Part shown: positions 1-5,521 of the stretch, one piece after another
How the letters are laid out: each line of letters starts with the position of its first letter
Position numbering within the stretch: the stretch's first letter is position 1
IMG/VR virus record: IMGVR_UViG_3300007735_000558
Span: 1 to 27,068 of that record
Origin: a virus
Lineage: Duplodnaviria; Caudoviricetes
Reading direction: 5' to 3' (one strand)
Length of the DNA stretch: 27,068 nt
Notes under the pieces: model-generated
Seen by the model: only the letters and a program-made list of their open reading frames with translations
Database searches by the model: none
What the model was told of the DNA's origin: nothing
Translations under genes and position numbers: made by a program

Positions 1-2
1 AA

Positions 3-155
3 GCCGCCGCTGCAATTATCAGGCTAACCAGCGCCGTTGAACATATCGCCGGAAGCCTAGAAACATTACATGAAGACATCAAGCAGGACCGCCGTGAAAC
101 ATTTGATCGTTTAAATAAAGTAGAGAACCGCGTTACTAAACTAGAGGTACGCTGA
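3..155 (+). CDS. 3' end of a small coiled-coil protein upstream of the lysis genes (partial, 5' end outside window)
   Basis: Frame 3 reads AAAAIIRLTSAVEHIAGSLETLHEDIKQDRRETFDRLNKVENRVTKLEVR*; its TGA (153-155) overlaps the next ATG (TGATG). Not in the ORF track. Confidence 0.75.
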   Translation, partial: AAAAIIRLTSAVEHIAGSLETLHEDIKQDRRETFDRLNKVENRVTKLEVR

Positions 156-403
156 TGAATCCACTACAGCTACTAAGCGCTGCATCTGGTGCTAATGCCA
201 TGCTGGTCGGCCAGCTTGTTTTTAGCGTTGCGTTTGTTGGTGGCTGTGAGCTACCAAACTGGATTGCAGGCCCACGCCAGACAAATGCCTGCCTCGAACG
301 CTGGTATGTAGTCACCGCGTTGTTTTTCCCATCAGCAGCACAACAGCCAGCAATTGCCGATGCTGCCAAAAGACGCCGCAACCTATTGGGTGGTGACCAG
401 TGA
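155..403 (+). CDS. Small membrane protein, holin candidate
   Basis: 82 aa with two hydrophobic segments and a basic C-terminal tail (AKRRR); coupled to the endolysin by a GTGA overlap. Function inferred from position. Confidence 0.5.
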   Translation: MNPLQLLSAASGANAMLVGQLVFSVAFVGGCELPNWIAGPRQTNACLERWYVVTALFFPSAAQQPAIADAAKRRRNLLGGDQ

Positions 404-1557
404 GCAATTTTTTAGCCGCAGCTAAGGCCACTACACAACCGCCGCTACCGCATCAGCAAGCGGCATGGAATTATGCGTGGGAGCTGTTGGCGCCAGATGA
501 GCAAGCCAATTTTCTTAGTAAATTCCGCGCTGATCCAGCGCCAAAATCTGCATTAGCTCATGATGCAGCAGTAAATCTTATCCGTGAATTTGAAGGTTTT
601 GAATCAAGCGCCTATCCAGATCCAGCTAGTGGTGGCGACCCGTGGACTATTGGTTATGGGTTTACAGCCTGGACCGATGGAGCCAAAGTTAAAAAAGGCG
701 ACACAATCACCCGTGACGCTGCCGATAGAATGCTCGCCGCATGGATTGAAACTAAAGTAGTGCCAGCATTAGCCAAAACAATCCCAAGCTGGAATAATTT
801 ACCACCAAATAGGCAATCATGCTTAATATCATTTGCTTGGAATTTAGGCTGGCATTTCTATGGCTCACCTGGCTTTGAAACCATCAGCAAATGTTTAGCT
901 GAAAAGCGTTATGACGATATCCCAGCGGCGCTAATGCTGTATGTCAACCCTGGCAGTAATGTTGAAGCCGGGTTGCGCCGCCGCCGTATGGCAGAAGGCA
1001 AGTTGTGGGGCATCAGCAAAAAAGCCACATCAGTGTTGCTGGCGGTGCCGTATGAGTATCAAAACGATAATGCCAGCGGCACTGGTTACCGCGAGTGCTT
1101 TAGCAGTAGTTGCGCCATGCTTGCTAAATATTATGGCAAGGTGAAAAGCGATGATGCTTATAACGTTATCCGTGCCCAATACGGAGACACCACCGATAGC
1201 CAGGCTCAAGTGCAAGCATTACGCAGCCTTGGTTTGCAAGCGCGATTCCAGACAAATTGCTCACCTGGTTTGCTAGAAACTGAATTGCGAGCTGGTAGGC
1301 CTGTTGCCGTCGGATGGTTGCATCACGGGCCATATAACGCGCCGACAGGCGGTGGTCATTGGTCAGTGGTGATCGGTTTTACTGATGCTGGGCATTGGAT
1401 CGTTAACGACCCTAACGGCGAGGCTGATCTAATCAATGGCGGCTACACCGCAAACCGCAACGGTGCAGGCATTAAATACAGCCAACCCCGCTTTAATCGC
1501 AGGTGGGAAGCAGACGGGGCTGGCACCGGCTGGGCGTTGCTGGTGAAGCCAGCATGA
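400..1557 (+). CDS. Modular endolysin: GH24 phage lysozyme plus C39-like cysteine peptidase
   Basis: FEG...YPDP...PWTIGYG, SFAWNLG and GLRRRR lysozyme motifs; C-terminal Q..ECFSSSCAM / GHWSVVIG / VNDP Cys-His-Asp motifs. GTG start. Confidence 0.9.
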   Translation: MSNFLAAAKATTQPPLPHQQAAWNYAWELLAPDEQANFLSKFRADPAPKSALAHDAAVNLIREFEGFESSAYPDPASGGDPWTIGYGFTAWTDGAKVKKGDTITRDAADRMLAAWIETKVVPALAKTIPSWNNLPPNRQSCLISFAWNLGWHFYGSPGFETISKCLAEKRYDDIPAALMLYVNPGSNVEAGLRRRRMAEGKLWGISKKATSVLLAVPYEYQNDNASGTGYRECFSSSCAMLAKYYGKVKSDDAYNVIRAQYGDTTDSQAQVQALRSLGLQARFQTNCSPGLLETELRAGRPVAVGWLHHGPYNAPTGGGHWSVVIGFTDAGHWIVNDPNGEADLINGGYTANRNGAGIKYSQPRFNRRWEADGAGTGWALLVKPA

Positions 1558-1733
1558 ACCGTTATTTAGTTCAAATAACTGCAAAGATCGTAGTAGATTC
1601 ACCGCATTCGTCGGATGATGTAGCCAGTGGTATCGTCGCTAGGTTAGAAGAATTATGCCAATCTAGCGATCACTTCCTTGATTATGAAGTGATTCCATAC
1701 ATCATGCCGGAGCCATGTGGATCATCACATTGA
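1554..1733 (+). CDS. Hypothetical protein (59 aa, MNRYLVQ...)
   Basis: ATG at 1554 overlaps the endolysin stop (ATGA), so preferred over the track start at 1503. Confidence 0.7.
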   Translation: MNRYLVQITAKIVVDSPHSSDDVASGIVARLEELCQSSDHFLDYEVIPYIMPEPCGSSH

Positions 1734-2037
1734 TGAAACTGAGCTTATTACTCGGAAAGCCACTAAACACCGATTCCGCAAATCAATCATTGAAGCATGG
1801 AATAGCCGATGCTATATATGTGGCGGTCAATTTGAACACATAACATTAGATCACATAATACCAAAATGCAAAGGAGGCCATACAACACGCGAAAATTTAG
1901 CGCCATGTTGTTCTGTTCATAATAGATTGAAAGGTCATTCAGAATTGTGGCAATGGTGGACAACACATGAATGCTGGAATCTGGAACGCGCTATTGCGTT
2001 GATCCATTACGTGCGACATGCAGGTGATGCTCCATGA
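1717..2037 (+). CDS. HNH endonuclease
   Basis: CYIC...TLDHIIPKCKGG...NLAPCC..HN..K motif. Confidence 0.9.
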   Translation: MDHHIDETELITRKATKHRFRKSIIEAWNSRCYICGGQFEHITLDHIIPKCKGGHTTRENLAPCCSVHNRLKGHSELWQWWTTHECWNLERAIALIHYVRHAGDAP

Positions 2038-2152
2038 ATTGATGGTAAATAATCATTGCTTGCCATTTCTGGCTATGTTCTTTTGACATGTTGCCATATG
2101 TAACACGCCATAACTTGCCATCATATGTAATTTTTGGGCTATCATTGGGCAT
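1991..2152 (-). CDS. Hypothetical protein (53 aa, MPNDSPKITYDGKLWRVTYG...)
   Basis: Protein-like C-terminal part of track ORF 1991..2260; starting at the internal ATG 2152 avoids overlap with the divergent gene. Confidence 0.5.
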   Translation of the reverse strand: MPNDSPKITYDGKLWRVTYGNMSKEHSQKWQAMIIYHQFMEHHLHVARNGSTQ

Positions 2153-2165
2153 CTGCACAATACCA

Positions 2166-2426
2166 ATGGCATGGTCGAAGTGGATGGTAGTAACGCTAAC
2201 ACTTGAAGAACAGTTGCAATTAGAAAGCCAATCACGTAGCGCTTTAAACCATCCTAACAAAAATGAAATATCAAAACTTTGTTCGTCGTTAATAAAACAA
2301 AATGCTTACCAATCGCAATTAATAAAGCAAGCTGTTAAATATATTGCCGAACTTGAAGCTAAAGAGTTTCTTAACATGGCTAAACGCCCATGGTGGCAAC
2401 GTTTATTTAGTCATCAAAAGTTTTAA
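2166..2426 (+). CDS. Hypothetical protein (MAWSKWMVV..., coiled-coil, ends RPWWQRLF motif)
   Basis: In frame with track ORF 2088..2426; ATG at 2166 is the likely start. The PWW.RLF tail is common in small phage proteins. Confidence 0.7.
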   Translation: MAWSKWMVVTLTLEEQLQLESQSRSALNHPNKNEISKLCSSLIKQNAYQSQLIKQAVKYIAELEAKEFLNMAKRPWWQRLFSHQKF

Positions 2427-3260
2427 CTTATTTTTAGCTGCTTCTGTTTGCTGTCGCACTCGTTCGCGGCTGATGCCACGTTCTTTAGCAATTGTAGTTA
2501 ATGTTTCTACTTCACCTTTTAAGCCATAGCGCCTAGTAATTACTTCTTGTTCTGAATTATTCAAGAAAAAAAAAGCTAGCTGTAACTGCTCGGAGTATTC
2601 ATCAGTCATCATTTCATCAGGTACATTAGGATCCGCAATTAAGTCAATAATGCAACTTCCATCGTCAGTGAAAGATTGATCCAAACTTACATGTGGTGCA
2701 TTGTAATTTACTAGCATTGCCATTTCATCTACGGTAATGCCAATAATAGCAGCAAGCTCCTTTTTGGTTGGTGCTTTTTTGTTTGCTGAAATAAATTCAG
2801 CCTCAGCTTTAGATGCTTGATATAATTTATCTAACAACCGTTGTGGAATCTTTATTAGCCGTTCATTGTTATAGATTGATCGTGATATTGATTGTCTAAT
2901 CCACCAGTAAGCATAGGTTGAAAATTTGTAACCTTTGAGCGGATCAAATAGTTCTGCCGCACGTTGCAATCCAAATGTGCCTTCTTGAATTAAATCAAGA
3001 AATTCCATGCTACTAAATTTTTTGCAATTAAAATATTTTTTAGCAGCATGTACCACTAACCGTAGATTAGATTTAACAAATGTATCACGAGCACGGATAC
3101 CAATTTTAATTTGCCGTAGTTCTTGTTTAGTGCGTTCGCCTGGGGCATTACGTAACTCCATGTATTGCGCTACCTGGCGACCCAATTGAATCTCTTGCTC
3201 TGCCGTAAGCAATGGGAATCTAGAGATAGCAGCTAAGTAATCCGAAACTGAATCAGCCAT
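2403..3260 (-). CDS. Phage-encoded sigma-70 family RNA polymerase sigma factor (RpoD/cyanobacterial group 2-like, no region 1.1)
   Basis: Region 1.2 DSVSDYLAAISRFPLLTAEQEIQL; region 2 SNLRLVV...DLIQEG..GL.RA.E.FDP.KGYKFSTYAYWWIRQSI; region 4 RYGL...TL..IA...GISRERVRQ. Start at 3260 in an ATGGCTGA overlap. Confidence 0.95.
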   Translation of the reverse strand: MADSVSDYLAAISRFPLLTAEQEIQLGRQVAQYMELRNAPGERTKQELRQIKIGIRARDTFVKSNLRLVVHAAKKYFNCKKFSSMEFLDLIQEGTFGLQRAAELFDPLKGYKFSTYAYWWIRQSISRSIYNNERLIKIPQRLLDKLYQASKAEAEFISANKKAPTKKELAAIIGITVDEMAMLVNYNAPHVSLDQSFTDDGSCIIDLIADPNVPDEMMTDEYSEQLQLAFFFLNNSEQEVITRRYGLKGEVETLTTIAKERGISRERVRQQTEAAKNKLKLLMTK

Positions 3261-3558
3261 AGTAAGACAACCATTTACGTAATGCGTCACCTGTTGGTGT
3301 ACCTGATGGCCAACGCAGAGCCTTTAGCAGCTCCTTAGAACTACCAAAAGCCTTGGTGCCTGGTGCAGGATACAACGTAAACCATACCTTGTCATCATTA
3401 AGGCCGGGTAATGCGCTAGCGTAGATTTGCATATTACCAGCATGAAATATATTACTGATGCCAGTGATATTAGGCTCGATGCCGCAAGCGTTTAGGATTT
3501 GCGCTTTTAGTTTGGATTCGGGAATAGCCGCTAACTGGCGCCATGATGGTTCAGCCAT
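3253..3558 (-). CDS. Hypothetical protein (MAEPSWRQ...)
   Basis: Track ORF trimmed to ATG 3558, which overlaps the upstream stop by 8 bp. Confidence 0.75.
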   Translation of the reverse strand: MAEPSWRQLAAIPESKLKAQILNACGIEPNITGISNIFHAGNMQIYASALPGLNDDKVWFTLYPAPGTKAFGSSKELLKALRWPSGTPTGDALRKWLSYYG

Positions 3559-3742
3559 TGGTATTCTCCAGCTCGGCGGCAATGGTGCGGAGCTGATCAA
3601 CGTGCCAGTGCTTCATGGAGCCAGCCTGATCAGCAAGCGCCCGGAGGGTGCTTATGGCAATGCTGCGTGAGTCATCTTTGATGACCCAGGCCTTGTAAGC
3701 AGCGTCCTCTATCGCTTCCGCGACGGGGGAAAGTTCAGTCAT
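3551..3742 (-). CDS. Hypothetical protein, LSP.A...LRA.ADQ...IAAELE family
   Basis: MTELSPVAEAI...LRALADQ...IAAELE; paralogous to the N-half of 4091..4543; ATGACTGA overlap. Confidence 0.75.
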   Translation of the reverse strand: MTELSPVAEAIEDAAYKAWVIKDDSRSIAISTLRALADQAGSMKHWHVDQLRTIAAELENTNG

Positions 3743-3920
3743 GGACGGTGGCCTCATATCCTTCAGCCATTAACGATGCTGACAATGCCATTGCTAATTG
3801 CTTGGTGTACCGCTTTGTGCCACCAGCGACCATATCGGTCACGGTCCAGCGTGTGTGGTTTGTCCAGATGACAATGCGCTCATTGCCTTTCTGAAAGAAG
3901 ACTGATCGGGGCTTAGTCAT
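3735..3920 (-). CDS. Hypothetical protein (MTKPRSVFF...)
   Basis: ATGACTAA overlap at the start, ATGACTGA at the end. Confidence 0.7.
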   Translation of the reverse strand: MTKPRSVFFQKGNERIVIWTNHTRWTVTDMVAGGTKRYTKQLAMALSASLMAEGYEATVHD

Positions 3921-3930
3921 GGACGGTGGC
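3737..3930. repeat. 16-bp exact direct repeat AGTCATGGACGGTGGC
   Basis: Copies at 3737-3752 and 3915-3930, 178 bp apart; both encode the C-terminal ATVHD and the next start codon. Confidence 0.95.
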
Positions 3931-4098
3931 ATCGGGGGTGGGCGCCACCGGCTCGGGCTGGGCCAATGCGTTTTCAGCTCGAGCCATTAGGAGTGCTTCC
4001 TCCTCAGATTCCCAGTATTCCAGTGGGCCGCCGCCGTGTGGTGACCAGCTCTGAAGTGCTTCCAGTAGCTCGGCGCACAGGGCGCGGAAGTCAGTCAT
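3913..4098 (-). CDS. Hypothetical protein, MTDFRALCAEL family
   Basis: MTDFRALCAELLEAL...ARAENALAQPEPVAPT; ATGACTGA overlap. Confidence 0.75.
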   Translation of the reverse strand: MTDFRALCAELLEALQSWSPHGGGPLEYWESEEEALLMARAENALAQPEPVAPTPDATVHD

Positions 4099-4543
4099 TG
4101 GGCAATGCCTCCAGTGCGTTGCGGATGGTGTCGGTAATCTCCGGTAGATAGTGGGCATCACGTTCGATGGTGCCCAACATCTGGAGTGCTAACTCGTGCA
4201 AACTCGGCGGCTTGGGGCGGCGATGGTCAAATAATTCCTGAACATCTTCAGGCTCCCATGCGGCGCAGGATGTGAGGTATTCGCAGCACGCCTCCAGCTC
4301 GGCGGCAATAGCGAGAAGTTCTTCCCGGATGCGTTGGCACTCTATCGCCATTGGTAGGTAGTTTCGTGGCTCATCCAAGTCGCTTGGCGCCACCTGATCT
4401 GCAGCAGCACGCAGGGCGGCGACGACCGATGCGCGGTCCAGTGCCCACAAGTTCTCATCCTTGGGGATATTGTCTGCGTAGGTCGCCAGCACAGCATCAC
4501 GCACCGCTTGCGCGGCGGGACTCAGTGGGGTGGGGTCAGTCAT
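4091..4543 (-). CDS. Hypothetical protein, apparent fusion of the IAAELE-family and RRPKP-family modules
   Basis: N-half resembles 3551..3742 and C-half resembles 4536..4907; ATGACTGA overlap. Confidence 0.75.
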   Translation of the reverse strand: MTDPTPLSPAAQAVRDAVLATYADNIPKDENLWALDRASVVAALRAAADQVAPSDLDEPRNYLPMAIECQRIREELLAIAAELEACCEYLTSCAAWEPEDVQELFDHRRPKPPSLHELALQMLGTIERDAHYLPEITDTIRNALEALPND

Positions 4544-4907
4544 CGAGCTGCTCCAGGGCACAGAGAATAATTTTGTACTTGGCTCTTAAATCAGCGTTGA
4601 CATTGATGCCTTCAATCAATACAGGATCGATACGCATTGACTGCAACGCTTCCAGCGCCTGCTCGTGCAAACTCAGCGGCTTGGGCCGGCGATGCTTGCG
4701 GAGATTATCAGCGCTCCATGGCGGCAAATCAGGGAGCCACGCGCAGCATTCATCTAGCTCCTGGTCAGCACTCCAGCGGGCGGCCTTGGTGGCGAGGTAT
4801 CTATCCGAGTCGGCTATGCCGCCATTAACAGTGCAGCCAAAAAACTCGCCCAGCCACTGATTGATTAGCGTCGGTGGTGGGGTGATCGTGTGTTGTTGGT
4901 TAGTCAT
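4536..4907 (-). CDS. Hypothetical protein, ITPPP...DQEL..CC...RRPKP family
   Basis: 123-aa ORF with ATGA overlap; 33-bp segment 4662-4694 matches 4193-4225 at 31 positions. Confidence 0.75.
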   Translation of the reverse strand: MTNQQHTITPPPTLINQWLGEFFGCTVNGGIADSDRYLATKAARWSADQELDECCAWLPDLPPWSADNLRKHRRPKPLSLHEQALEALQSMRIDPVLIEGINVNADLRAKYKIILCALEQLDD

Positions 4908-5161
4908 TGTGGTTCTTTATCAGGAAGTGGATAGGTGTCTAGGTGTTTTAGCAGCCGCCGCAAATACCACAATGCCTTAGCTGCGTTGATAGTTGGGTCA
5001 TCTTTGTCCCACATACGGAGCATGTAGCGCAACACGTGGCTTTGGCAGTTGCCTAGGACGGACGTAGGTGCTCGACCAATGGCGTCTTCAATAATGTCGA
5101 TGACTTCCATCCGCCCGGTGGTGTAGTGGGACGGATGGTTTACAGGATCGGGACCGGTCAT
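4904..5161 (-). CDS. DUF3310 (SaV-like) family protein
   Basis: DPVNHPSHYT.G..EVIDII...GN....LRY..R...K...KALWYL signature. Confidence 0.85.
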   Translation of the reverse strand: MTGPDPVNHPSHYTTGRMEVIDIIEDAIGRAPTSVLGNCQSHVLRYMLRMWDKDDPTINAAKALWYLRRLLKHLDTYPLPDKEPQ

Positions 5162-5180
5162 GGGTGAACAGATGGACCGG

Positions 5181-5194
5181 TCTACTGTAGCACA
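5181..5194 (-). promoter_or_regulatory. Extended -10 promoter candidate TGTGCTACAGTAGA for the small-ORF/sigma operon
   Basis: TG-C-TACAGT about 20 bp upstream of the ATG at 5161; identical 14-mer at 13868-13881. Confidence 0.55.
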
Positions 5195-5204
5195 GAAGGC
5201 TGCT

Positions 5205-5477
5205 CTACCACTTCACCTTGTCGGCCCAGTAAGCGGCAGACAGTTTGCCCTTCGCAATGTTGTCGGCATGGCGAGCCTTAAATGCAGTTCTACGGGCCTT
5301 ATCTGCGGCTGATTCACCCGGTCTTGGCGGCGACCCTGATACACCCTGTTGTCCAAAGCGGATCAACTTAACGGTGTCGCCATCTTTGGCAAGCACAGCG
5401 TGGGACTTGTTCGGGTTGTTTGGAGTGCGCTTGGGCTTGTTGTACCCCTCAAACTGCTCACCGCGGTAAGTGATCAT
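5205..5477 (-). CDS. Small basic conserved phage protein (IRFGQ...R.AFKARH...SAAYWA..VKW family)
   Basis: 90 aa, Lys/Arg-rich; motif familiar from phage proteins of unknown function. Confidence 0.8.
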   Translation of the reverse strand: MITYRGEQFEGYNKPKRTPNNPNKSHAVLAKDGDTVKLIRFGQQGVSGSPPRPGESAADKARRTAFKARHADNIAKGKLSAAYWADKVKW

Positions 5478-5521
5478 TTTCGGAGCTGCCCAAGCGCTGA
5501 CGTAATTGACCCGAGGTTAGC

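Noticed and set aside
155-403. VGGC lipobox plus C-terminal hydrophobic helix as a unimolecular spanin
   Set aside because: Only about 18 residues separate the Cys from the second helix, too short to span the periplasm, and there is no basic n-region.
3551-4907. Repeats in the small-ORF array as a CRISPR array, integron or DGR
   Set aside because: The repeats are coding and irregular; no attC-like palindromes, integrase, reverse transcriptase or adenine-specific TR/VR pair seen.
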